Assembly: GCA_022819805.1 (NCBI GenBank)
Contig: JAJEGO010000065.1
Coordinates: forward strand, 4,794-68,793
Origin: Candidatus Dadabacteria bacterium
Lineage (GTDB): Bacteria; Desulfobacterota_D; UBA1144; Nemesobacterales; Nemesobacteraceae
Direction: 5' to 3'
DNA: 64,000 nucleotides
How positions within the stretch are numbered: position 1 is the first letter of the stretch; each line of letters begins with the position of its first letter. A model generated the notes under the pieces. The model saw only the letters and a program-made list of their open reading frames with translations, ran no database searches and was not told the DNA's origin. The translations under genes and the position numbers were made by a program. Positions 21,561 through 30,249 of the stretch are shown piece after piece.

Positions 21561-22325
21561 ATGAGCGAGCAGGAACAGGATGCGCTCTCGGCGACGGTCA
21601 AGTGGATACAGGAAGCCTCTCAGATAGTTTTTCTAACGGGAGTTGAACTCTCTCTTGAAGTTGGGCTGCCCGACGTCTCTGATCTGAGCTTCAATCCCGA
21701 CATAGGAAAATTCAAGAATCGCCCGGAGGTAAGAAGGGAGTACTGGGAAAAAATAAAGGACTTCTATCCCAGAATTTCCGAGGCGCGGCCCTCTCCGGCC
21801 CACGAAGCGATCTACGAGATGGAGTTTCTCTCCAACGTTGACTGCGTTTTGACCCAGGCGGCCGACGGTCTGCACAACAAAACCGGCAGCGAGAGGATAA
21901 TAGAGATATACTCGTCGATAAACTGGATTCACTGCCACGAATGCGGAAACGATTACCGCACCGACGGGATTCTGCTTTCCCTTGAGGACAGCAAAACCGG
22001 CATTCCGAAATGCAAGGAATGCCAGAGCGATCAGATGAAGCCTCCGCTGTCCTTCCCCGGACAGCCGCTTCCTCACTGGGAGATAAGGGAGTCCTGGATG
22101 AGGCTTCAGCACTGCGATCTTTTCATAGTTGTCGGGGCGAATCTGGAAATCGAGCCCGTGGCGTCCTTTCCCTTTCAGGTGATGAATAAGGGGAACAGGG
22201 TCGTTATTATCGGCGAGAGAAAAACCCCGGCCGACGATTACGTAAGCGCCGTCATATACGGAAGCCCGAGCCAGGTCATGCCTTACATAGTTGATAAACT
22301 CAAGGAAACCCATACGGTCTCCTGA
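21561..22325 (+). CDS. sirtuin (Sir2/CobB) fold protein with degenerate NAD-binding and catalytic motifs
   Basis: Aligns along its whole length with CobB. The Zn-ribbon CHEC...CKEC is retained. GAGIS is replaced by GVELS, QNID(N/D)LH by QAADGLH, and the catalytic HG by YS. Confidence 0.7.
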   Translation: MSEQEQDALSATVKWIQEASQIVFLTGVELSLEVGLPDVSDLSFNPDIGKFKNRPEVRREYWEKIKDFYPRISEARPSPAHEAIYEMEFLSNVDCVLTQAADGLHNKTGSERIIEIYSSINWIHCHECGNDYRTDGILLSLEDSKTGIPKCKECQSDQMKPPLSFPGQPLPHWEIRESWMRLQHCDLFIVVGANLEIEPVASFPFQVMNKGNRVVIIGERKTPADDYVSAVIYGSPSQVMPYIVDKLKETHTVS

Positions 22326-22380
22326 ACCGCGGGAGCCCTGGGAGGGGAATGGGAGAGCAGGCTTGTCCACCGAGACAAAA

Positions 22381-23856
22381 ATGGATGATAAAGACGTTGC
22401 CCGGGAGATGGAACGCTACGTTTCTAATCTCGACAGGGACATCTACACAATAAGCAACATTCCCGAGGAAGTCGTTGCCGTAATCTTTGCCTACGTAAGC
22501 AGAAGCCCCAAGAGTTTCAGGGAAAACATAGACACCGTGATAAGGGAGCAGGAGATGGGGAGGGACAGGGCGGAGAAGTTCCACGAGAAGTGGGTTCTTA
22601 ACTACGGTCACGCTTCTGTTGCCGAGCACGCGACCGTGCACATAGGAGTTGAGAGGGTTTCAAGGCTTTTCTCGTCCCTGCTTGAATGCGTAAACGAATT
22701 CCTCTCGTTTACCGAATACTCGCAGAGATACCAGAGACCGCGCAAAGGCGACAACTATATTCCCCAGGAGCTTGACCAGCACCTCGCCCTTAAAAAGGAG
22801 TTCGAGGAGCTTTGCGATTTTCAGTACGAGGTTTACTCGCAGCTTAACACCGAGCTTTTTGATTTTCTGAAGACAAAGTTTCCCGTTCCCGAAGGCAAGG
22901 AGGAGAAAGCCCACTTCAGGGCGCTTGAGAAAATAGCGTTTGAGGACGCAAGGTATGCCCTTAATCTCTCCACACTTACGAATCTCGGCATGACGGCGAA
23001 CGCAAGGGCCATGGAGCAGACCATCTCCGCTCTTCTCTCGAGCCGCTACCTTGAGGCGAGAAACAGGGCCGAGGAGATAAAAAGCGAGGTCAGGTTCTCG
23101 GTTCCGACGCTTGTGAAGTACGCTGACGAGAACCCCTACATAGTTGGAACGCGAGAGGCGCTCGAGGATCTCTCGCGTGGTCTTGGCGATGCCGGAGAGA
23201 ACCAACCCGGTAACGGGTCATCGGTCACCCTTTTTGACTACACGGGGCGGGGAAAGGAAAATCCCGAGGCCGAGGCTCTAAGGGAGATTGCAAGAGGCCT
23301 TCTTTTCGAATTCTCGGGACTTCCAATCGGAGACATAGAAAGGCACCTTTCCGAAAACACCCCGGAGCTTGAGAGGATCTTCTCAATCTCCGTTGAGGAA
23401 CTTGGAAAGTACGACAACCCGGCGGGCATATTCAGATCGGTTAACTACAGCGCGGAGTTTGTCCTGAGCGAGGCGGCGTGGCATCAGCTGCTTAGGCACA
23501 GGAAAGTCAGCTGGACCGTAAAGGAGCCTTCCGTGGGAGAGGGCGTGACGATTCCACCGCACGTTACGGAATCGGGAACGGAGGAGCTTCTGCTCGAGGC
23601 CGTCGGGCGAAGCGAGCGTTTCCATGAAGAACTCGTCGACGCCGGTCTTCGTGACGTGGCGAGCTATGTTGTCACAAACGCCCACAACAGGAGAGTCTGC
23701 GGCAGCTTAGATCTCTGGGAGCTGTACCACCTGACGAACCTGCGGATGTCTGAGGGGGCGCAATGGGACATAAAGAACGTCATTGGGCAGCTTGCCCAAG
23801 AGATTGGCAAGGTGCATCCGGTCTTCGTTCGTTCCGCTTTGAAGAGGGTTGGTTAA
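22381..23856 (+). CDS. thyX: flavin-dependent thymidylate synthase ThyX-like, tandem-duplicated (two Thy1 domains)
   Basis: The N-half keeps GHASVAEH and SQRY. The C-half keeps RHR-x9-S and RxxSxxAQWDI. The start is the first in-frame ATG; the ORF-track start at 22291 is a TTG. Confidence 0.65.
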   Translation: MDDKDVAREMERYVSNLDRDIYTISNIPEEVVAVIFAYVSRSPKSFRENIDTVIREQEMGRDRAEKFHEKWVLNYGHASVAEHATVHIGVERVSRLFSSLLECVNEFLSFTEYSQRYQRPRKGDNYIPQELDQHLALKKEFEELCDFQYEVYSQLNTELFDFLKTKFPVPEGKEEKAHFRALEKIAFEDARYALNLSTLTNLGMTANARAMEQTISALLSSRYLEARNRAEEIKSEVRFSVPTLVKYADENPYIVGTREALEDLSRGLGDAGENQPGNGSSVTLFDYTGRGKENPEAEALREIARGLLFEFSGLPIGDIERHLSENTPELERIFSISVEELGKYDNPAGIFRSVNYSAEFVLSEAAWHQLLRHRKVSWTVKEPSVGEGVTIPPHVTESGTEELLLEAVGRSERFHEELVDAGLRDVASYVVTNAHNRRVCGSLDLWELYHLTNLRMSEGAQWDIKNVIGQLAQEIGKVHPVFVRSALKRVG

Positions 23857-23874
23857 GAAGGAAAAAGGGATGGT

Positions 23875-24096
23875 TTGATGTCGCTTCAGCCTGTGAGAAG
23901 ATGTGAAGAATGTGGTTACGAGACCACGGCGAAAACGGATATATGCCTTTCCTGCGGAGAGAGGATGCGGCGCAGGGCGAAAGGTGGAGTCAGGGGACTT
24001 CTTCGAAGTGTAATACTTATAGCGATCGCGGTTTACATCCTTTTGTCCGCGTTTAAGGTTTTCGGATTTTCACCGGGGGCGGGGTATTATGGCTGA
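23875..24096 (+). CDS. small zinc-ribbon protein with C-terminal TM helix
   Basis: CEECGY...CLSCGE, followed by the hydrophobic segment LLRSVILIAIAVYILLSAF. Confidence 0.5.
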   Translation: MMSLQPVRRCEECGYETTAKTDICLSCGERMRRRAKGGVRGLLRSVILIAIAVYILLSAFKVFGFSPGAGYYG

Positions 24097-24586
24097 TCCC
24101 GATCACGTCTCGAAAGTAAAAAATGGTGCGGCCGCGTGGAACCGGTGGCGTGAGGAAGAGCCCGATGTCCTGCCGGATCTTGGCTGGGCGAATATTAACG
24201 GGCTTGATCTTGACGGCGCGGTATTTGCGGGGGCAGTTCTCAAGCTTGCTTTCTGCAAGGGGTGCAGCCTGGTGGGTGCGGATTTCTCAGGGGCGAGCAT
24301 GCGTGGAGTAAACTTCGAGGGATGTGATCTTCGGGGTGCTGTATTCAGGGATGCCAACCTTGAGGGAGCTCACATGCTCGGGGCCGATCTCACGGGTGCC
24401 GATTTCACGGGTGCTAACCTCAAGCTTGCGAATTTTGACGGGGCGATTCTCAGGGATGCCGACCTTACGGGCGCGAAGAAACTTCGGGCCCCGCAACTCT
24501 TCGCTCTCAAGGACCTTCAGAATCTCAAGGTTTCAGACGCAGTCCTTGAGAAGGTAAAAGAGCAGTCTCCGCATCTATTTGAGTGA
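24089..24586 (+). CDS. pentapeptide-repeat protein
   Basis: About 20 consecutive A(D/N)LxG-type pentapeptides. The start overlaps the preceding stop (ATGGCTGA). Confidence 0.8.
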   Translation: MADPDHVSKVKNGAAAWNRWREEEPDVLPDLGWANINGLDLDGAVFAGAVLKLAFCKGCSLVGADFSGASMRGVNFEGCDLRGAVFRDANLEGAHMLGADLTGADFTGANLKLANFDGAILRDADLTGAKKLRAPQLFALKDLQNLKVSDAVLEKVKEQSPHLFE

Positions 24587-24693
24587 GTTTTTCGCGCAGG
24601 AAAGTTTTTTTGAAACTTTCTCACATCCCTTGATACCCAAGCGGTCTCGGTGCCTTGCCAATGGCTGCTTGACCGATTAATTTACGTTTAACA

Positions 24694-25845
24694 ATGGACA
24701 GAAAAATCTACAGCGTATCGGAACTCAATTCCTCGATAAAGGATGCGATTGAGCTTGAGTTCGGCGGGGAGACAATATGGGTTGCGGGAGAAATTTCCGG
24801 TTTCAAGGGGCATTACGCAAGCGGCCACTGGTATTTTTCCCTGAAGGATGGGCAAAGCCAGATCTCCGCGGTCTGTTTCAGGGGTAATAATCAGCAGATA
24901 AAGTTCACGCCGGAGAATGGAATGGATGTGATTTGCTCCGCGTGCGTTGGGGTTTACGAGAAAGACGGTAAGTACCAGCTGTACGTAAGCGCCATGGAAC
25001 CGAAGGGGGTGGGCGCCGAAGCCCTTGCGCTTGAAAAGCTCAAGCAGAAGCTTTTGGAAGAAGGACTTTTTGACGTCTCGAAAAAACGCCCCCTTCCGTT
25101 TCTCTCCCGCAGGATAGGAGTGGTTACTTCCCCTTCCGGGGCCGCCGTGAGGGACGTAATAAAGGTTGTATACAGAAGATCTCCCAATGTTGAGATAATT
25201 ATTTCCCCCGCAAGCGTTCAGGGAGACGGTGCTCCGTCTGAGATAGTGAGAGCCCTTGAGAGGCTCTACGGCATGGAGGATCTGGATATTGTGATCGTGA
25301 CCAGGGGAGGGGGGTCAAAAGAGGACCTAAAGGCCTTTAACGACGAGGGAGTCGCAAGAAAAATCGCCGCTTCTCCTTTTCCCGTGATTTCTGCCGTGGG
25401 TCACGAAGTGGATGTGACGATAGCCGATCTCGTATCCGACAGGAGGACGGCCACTCCTTCAATGGCTGCTGAGCTTGCCGTAAGGGAAAAAAGAGAGATT
25501 CTCGAAGATCTAGCGCAGTATCGCCGTCGCCTAGATTTTTCCCTAACAAGCCGCGTTGATATGTTTTCCATGCAGCTTGACGGACTCGCAGCAAACTTCA
25601 GACATCACATGACATCGCAGATCGAGAATCTTGAACGGCGCATCGAGAATTACTCGGGAAAACTCACTTCACTTAATCCTTTCAGTGTCCTGCAGAGGGG
25701 ATACGCCATTGTTTCAAGAGAAAAGAACGGCGAGATAGTGCAAGATTCCCGAACGCTTGAGCACGAGGAAAAACTCATCTTAAGGCTCGGCAGAGGCAGG
25801 GCGTTTTGTAGCGTTGATGGAACTGAAGACGAACCGCAAGCCTGA
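24694..25845 (+). CDS. xseA: exodeoxyribonuclease VII large subunit
   Basis: N-terminal OB-fold region YSVSELNSSIKDAIE...WVAGEISGFK, with the catalytic domain following. Confidence 0.88.
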   Translation: MDRKIYSVSELNSSIKDAIELEFGGETIWVAGEISGFKGHYASGHWYFSLKDGQSQISAVCFRGNNQQIKFTPENGMDVICSACVGVYEKDGKYQLYVSAMEPKGVGAEALALEKLKQKLLEEGLFDVSKKRPLPFLSRRIGVVTSPSGAAVRDVIKVVYRRSPNVEIIISPASVQGDGAPSEIVRALERLYGMEDLDIVIVTRGGGSKEDLKAFNDEGVARKIAASPFPVISAVGHEVDVTIADLVSDRRTATPSMAAELAVREKREILEDLAQYRRRLDFSLTSRVDMFSMQLDGLAANFRHHMTSQIENLERRIENYSGKLTSLNPFSVLQRGYAIVSREKNGEIVQDSRTLEHEEKLILRLGRGRAFCSVDGTEDEPQA

Positions 25846-25848
25846 TTT

Positions 25849-26844
25849 TCAGGGAACGACGGAAAGACTCTTCAGTTCGACGACGGATATGTCCTGCGCG
25901 AGCAGAAGGTCTCTTGTCCTCTCAGGCGGGGGAACATCCGTGAGTAGAAGCCTTATCCTTCCCCCGAGGGCGCTTCTTAGGTCCTCACCCGATCCGTTTC
26001 CACCTCCGAGCCTGTTAACGAGATTTTCGATTTCCGCACCCGCAAGAAAAAGCATGACCGGCATTATCTCGGGGACATCCGCGAAAAAATCTTCCGTGTC
26101 CTCTGCTATGGCCCCCCTGGCCGCGGTCTGCAGGTTGAGCAGATTGGCGAATTTTGAAAAAGAACCGCTACGGGGAAGGTAGGAAAACGTTTGGTCCTCG
26201 ATCGAAATCGCCCCTAGTTCCTGTTCTGATAGGCGCAGGAGATCAAGTATGTCTCCATGGGAGAATCCCCTGTTTTCATCGGGGGCGCCTCCCGCATTGA
26301 ATATTACGGCCTCTGAGTCTTCCTTTACCGAACTTCCAAGCGCGTTTATCTCGTCCTTGAGCTTTTTTCTGGCGAGAAAACCGAATTTTACGACGTTCGG
26401 GTAACTGACTATTTCTTCCTCTACTGGAACCCTATCGTTTACGCTTAGAAAGGCTTTTTCTACTTTTTCTCCAAGCATGGGGTCCCCGACCAGTTTCCGC
26501 GCGTCATCTGTGCTTGCGGAGAGCAAAAAGCAGTCTCCAGCAGCGATCTCGAGAATATCCCTTGCTTCCTTGAAGCTCCTTGCAGGCAGAGATGTTCCCC
26601 CGAGCGTGAATACAGCCAGTTCGAAAAAAAGGCACGCCAAGGTGTTGGGCGAGAGAACAATTATCCTGCTTCCGGTGGAGAAACCCGAATTCAGAAGAAA
26701 GCAGGCTATGCTTTCAACCTCGGTCACGAGGTCGGGCCAGGTGATCTGTTTCCAGCTCCACCCGTCTTTTTTCTGAAACAGCAGCCTTGAGCCGTTTTCC
26801 TTTGTTCTCTCCCTGAGGAAATTATAGAAGTTTCTCTCATTCAT
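25849..26844 (-). CDS. AMP-dependent synthetase/ligase-like protein with degenerate motifs, apparently C-terminally truncated (possible pseudogene)
   Basis: Collinear with the N-terminal roughly 60 % of acyl-CoA synthetases. The P-loop TSGTTG is replaced by NAGGAP. The ORF stops 4 nt from the xseA stop, before the expected GYGxTE region. Confidence 0.45.
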   Translation of the reverse strand: MNERNFYNFLRERTKENGSRLLFQKKDGWSWKQITWPDLVTEVESIACFLLNSGFSTGSRIIVLSPNTLACLFFELAVFTLGGTSLPARSFKEARDILEIAAGDCFLLSASTDDARKLVGDPMLGEKVEKAFLSVNDRVPVEEEIVSYPNVVKFGFLARKKLKDEINALGSSVKEDSEAVIFNAGGAPDENRGFSHGDILDLLRLSEQELGAISIEDQTFSYLPRSGSFSKFANLLNLQTAARGAIAEDTEDFFADVPEIMPVMLFLAGAEIENLVNRLGGGNGSGEDLRSALGGRIRLLLTDVPPPERTRDLLLAQDISVVELKSLSVVP

Positions 26845-26934
26845 ATTTCTTTTTCGAACCGCCTTTGCGGATTGTGATTCGGGTAAAATTAAAAATTATA
26901 ATTTAACCGGTTTACGCGCCGTGGTGATGGATTT

Positions 26935-28290
26935 ATGAAAAGGGAACTTGATTTCGAGAAGAAAAATTTTGCGGGGGCTCTTGAGATAGTAAAGACCCTC
27001 TCGGAAAAGGGACACGAAGCCTTTTTCGTGGGCGGATGCGTGCGTGACGCGCTGCTTGGCGTTGGGTCCAACGAGATTGATATAGCCACAGGCGCGACTC
27101 CGGAGCAGGTGCAGCAGGCGTTTTCGAAGACTGTGGCCGTGGGGGAGAGCTTTGGCGTGGTGCTGGTGATAAGAGGAGAGATGAAATTCGAGGTTGCCAC
27201 TTTCAGGAGGGAATCGAGTTACGGTGACGGGAGACACCCGGAGAGTGTCGACTACACGAAAAGCCCGAAAGAAGACGTCCGGAGAAGGGATTTTACGATA
27301 AACGGGATGCTGTACGACCCGCTCTCGGGAGAGCTTTACGATTACGTGGGAGGTCTTGGGGATCTTGAGCGCGGGCTCGTTAGGACCATAGGAGAACCCG
27401 AAAAAAGGTTCGGCGAGGACAAGTTGAGAATGATGAGGGCGGTGCGGTTCACATCATGTCTCGGTTTTGAGCTTGACGGAGTTGCGCTTTCTGCTATCCG
27501 CGACGAGGCCGCCGGAATATCCGTCGTGAGCGGGGAGAGGATACGCGAGGAACTCATCAAAATACTCACCCGCCAAAATCCTGGGAACGGAGTGAGGCTT
27601 CTTAGCTCAAGCGGTCTTCTTGAGCATTTTCTCCCCGAAGTCGAATGTATGCATGGGGTGCAGCAGCCCCCTCAGTTTCATCCCGAAGGAGACGTGTTTG
27701 AGCACACATGCCTCGTGATGGATATGCTCTACGGTAACACCGACGGCTGCTACTCAGAGGAGCTTGCGGTTGCCGCCCTTCTCCATGACGTGGGCAAGCC
27801 GCCCACTTACAGCGAATCCGACAGGATAAGGTTCAACGGACACGACAGGGTGGGGGCTAGGATGTCGGAAGACATATGCAGGAGACTCAGGTTCTCCAAA
27901 AAGCAGATAAAGAGAATTTCCGAGCTTATCCTCGAGCATCTTAAGTTCAAGGATGTTTTCAATATGAGAGAAAGCACTCTCAAGAAATTTCTTTCCCTCC
28001 CGTATTTTGAGGAGCATATGCAGATGCATCTTGCGGACTGCATGGCCAGTCACGGAAAGACCGACGCCTATGATTTTATCAGAGAAAAGATGGAAGAGTA
28101 CGGGCGGGAGGAGATAAAACCCACACCGCTTCTCGCCGGACAGGACCTCATAGATCTCGGCTATTCTCCTGGACCCGTTTTTTCGAAAATACTGGGCCAG
28201 GTTGAAGAACTGCAGCTTGAAAACCGGCTTTCCTCAAAGGAAGAAGCAGTAGAGTTTGTCCTGAAGAATTACCCCGCCGACCGCAGTTAG
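26935..28290 (+). CDS. cca: CCA tRNA nucleotidyltransferase with HD domain
   Basis: FVGGCVRDALLG...EIDIAT polymerase-beta head and the HD motif LHDVGKP are present. Confidence 0.88.
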   Translation: MKRELDFEKKNFAGALEIVKTLSEKGHEAFFVGGCVRDALLGVGSNEIDIATGATPEQVQQAFSKTVAVGESFGVVLVIRGEMKFEVATFRRESSYGDGRHPESVDYTKSPKEDVRRRDFTINGMLYDPLSGELYDYVGGLGDLERGLVRTIGEPEKRFGEDKLRMMRAVRFTSCLGFELDGVALSAIRDEAAGISVVSGERIREELIKILTRQNPGNGVRLLSSSGLLEHFLPEVECMHGVQQPPQFHPEGDVFEHTCLVMDMLYGNTDGCYSEELAVAALLHDVGKPPTYSESDRIRFNGHDRVGARMSEDICRRLRFSKKQIKRISELILEHLKFKDVFNMRESTLKKFLSLPYFEEHMQMHLADCMASHGKTDAYDFIREKMEEYGREEIKPTPLLAGQDLIDLGYSPGPVFSKILGQVEELQLENRLSSKEEAVEFVLKNYPADRS

Positions 28291-28407
28291 CGGCTATCGT
28301 TCGAGTTTCACTTAAAATCTGGATTGCTTCTCTTGTTCACGGTGGCTGTATGCATATTTCTAAAACCATATCCCGCTATTTCCTTGTACTTTAAAACCAC
28401 GAATGTT

Positions 28408-29628
28408 TTAACCGCCTTGAATTGCCGTGGAGTAGATGTCGATGTCTTTGGAACTCATGCCTAAGCGGTGTGCCGTGCTTCGCCAGTCTTTTAGGGCAGT
28501 TGATATTTCATCGATAATTGCCTCGGCCTCTTTTTTCTTCAGAGCGAAAAACGGTGTTGCCTCGCGTGCCAGATCAAGACCGGCTTCAGGTCCTTGCTCC
28601 GAGATCCAGGTTGTAAGTTCCCGGGCTTTTTCCGCAAGCGGTACAGGATTCAGGTCGTAAGCGGGCGATAGGCGCCATCTGCCGTTGCGGTCGTAAAGGA
28701 ATCCGTGATTGCGGAGGTGATCGTCGAGATTGCCAATAAGCACGTTGAAGACAACCCGTCGCCAGAGTTCGTTCAGGTCTTCCGTGGGCGAGCTTGAATA
28801 CATGCGTATAATTTCTGCGATATCAGTGTAAGTTCCTTCGTCTCCATCGTTTAGTCCGAGAAGACTCATGGCCGACAGAAACGGGATGCGCCGGCTGCCC
28901 GCTCGGTCAAAGCGTCGAATCAGTGCCACTGGACGACCGACAACATTCAGTAACTTGGCGTCTGCCACGGTTAATCCCGCTTGGCGCGCCAAGGTCATTG
29001 CCAACACCTCTCCATGCGGTATGCTCCGATCATCATCGGGTTTTGGGAATTTGGCGATTGCCAGAGAGCCGTTTTTGTCTTGTACCGAGGATTTGGGGCG
29101 GGCACCGCCGAGAGGGGAGCCTTCATTCAAAAGCAACTTAAGGTCCTCCGCCGTTTCAGTATTTGTCTGCACCGCATCGGCCGCGTTTATAAGTGCTGGT
29201 AACTGGATCAGGGGTGGCACGCGAAAACCGGCGATATGATGATCAAAAGAGTCCTCTCCCTCTCGCCTGAAGCGCAACGCTCCGATACGTGCGTGATCCG
29301 TGACCCCGAGCAGATAATCGATCTCCAAAAGGGTTCGTTTTTCCCCGGATTTACTAAATGCGCGCCTGATAAGTTGTCTACCCCAGCGATCGGGTGCCGC
29401 GTCGCGGATGGCTCCCGGCAGGGCAGATTTATCTGAAAAAGTGTAAAACGCTCCGTCCCGGAGTGGCAGGTTTTCCGGATCAATTGCGAAGGCATCGGTT
29501 CCGCGGAGCCATTCGTCTGCGTATTCGAACGCCGAACTTTGGCTGTGGCGCCTGTTGACATAGCGGAAGCGCCCTACAATGCTGGTGCAGTCTGCCGTGT
29601 CAATATGGACTTCGATCGTGTCCTTCAT
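28408..29628 (-). CDS. hipA: type II toxin-antitoxin system HipA-family serine/threonine kinase toxin
   Basis: HipA N-domain, then the GGARPKSSVQDK loop, the catalytic NLDDHLRNHGFLY and the SPAYDLNP motifs. Confidence 0.85.
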   Translation of the reverse strand: MKDTIEVHIDTADCTSIVGRFRYVNRRHSQSSAFEYADEWLRGTDAFAIDPENLPLRDGAFYTFSDKSALPGAIRDAAPDRWGRQLIRRAFSKSGEKRTLLEIDYLLGVTDHARIGALRFRREGEDSFDHHIAGFRVPPLIQLPALINAADAVQTNTETAEDLKLLLNEGSPLGGARPKSSVQDKNGSLAIAKFPKPDDDRSIPHGEVLAMTLARQAGLTVADAKLLNVVGRPVALIRRFDRAGSRRIPFLSAMSLLGLNDGDEGTYTDIAEIIRMYSSSPTEDLNELWRRVVFNVLIGNLDDHLRNHGFLYDRNGRWRLSPAYDLNPVPLAEKARELTTWISEQGPEAGLDLAREATPFFALKKKEAEAIIDEISTALKDWRSTAHRLGMSSKDIDIYSTAIQGG

Positions 29629-29966
29629 TAGCTAATCCTTTTGCTTGTGCGGCGGACAGGCATGATTTTTTTGGGCAGGCGGTCCTCGTCGAGATCGAGA
29701 CCCAAGGGGTCATTGATGCGGTCGGCGACGTCGGCCAGACCTCCGCTAAGACCAAGAATAGCTAGAACCGTCGCGTAGATGCCCATTGAGACCGTGGGAT
29801 CACCCTTTTCAACCTTGTAAAGAGTAGCGCGACTTATAAAGGCGCGTTCCGCCATTGAAACCGTCGAGATGCGGCGTTTTTTGCGCGCAACGGCTATATC
29901 CGCGCCAAGTTTGACTAAAGCTTGCCGTGCTACCCGCGGAAGTGTTTTAGGTGCTTGTGATTTCAT
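29628..29966 (-). CDS. hipB: XRE-family HTH antitoxin (HipB-like)
   Basis: 112 aa with HTH ISTVSMAERAFISRATLYKVEKG. It overlaps hipA by 1 nt and has an AT-rich upstream region. Confidence 0.8.
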   Translation of the reverse strand: MKSQAPKTLPRVARQALVKLGADIAVARKKRRISTVSMAERAFISRATLYKVEKGDPTVSMGIYATVLAILGLSGGLADVADRINDPLGLDLDEDRLPKKIMPVRRTSKRIS

Positions 29967-30195
29967 TGTCCTATATTATTACCAATTAAACTTAAATTGT
30001 CTACTATATAAGACATTAAATTAAAATAGAGGGGTTATGGGTGTACTGATAAACCTGTTGTTGGGGTCGGAAAGCTTCTTTGCGAGATATGCCTTAAGGG
30101 TGGTCTACATAAGAGGCACAACTGGTATGGAGAGGTGGAACCTGCAAATAGCGGGTTTTCTCCCGCACCGCGCCGGGGATGCAACGGCGTGTAAT

Positions 30196-30240
30196 AAAAA
30201 ACGGGGAACAACGTATCGTTACGCTGTCCCCCGTTTTATC
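30196..30240 (-). terminator. rho-independent terminator of the atpZ-atpI-atpB-atpE operon (9-bp GC stem AACGGGG/CCCCGTT flanked by A/T runs; potentially bidirectional)
   Basis: Sequence aaaaaacgggg-N21-ccccgtttt lies immediately downstream of the atpE stop. Confidence 0.7.
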
Positions 30241-30249
30241 GTGTATGCG

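Noticed and set aside
25814-26182. 122-aa plus-strand ORF after xseA that could have been xseB
   Set aside because: It has no similarity to the small XseB coiled-coil subunit and is antisense to the AMP-binding-like ORF. xseB is presumably elsewhere.
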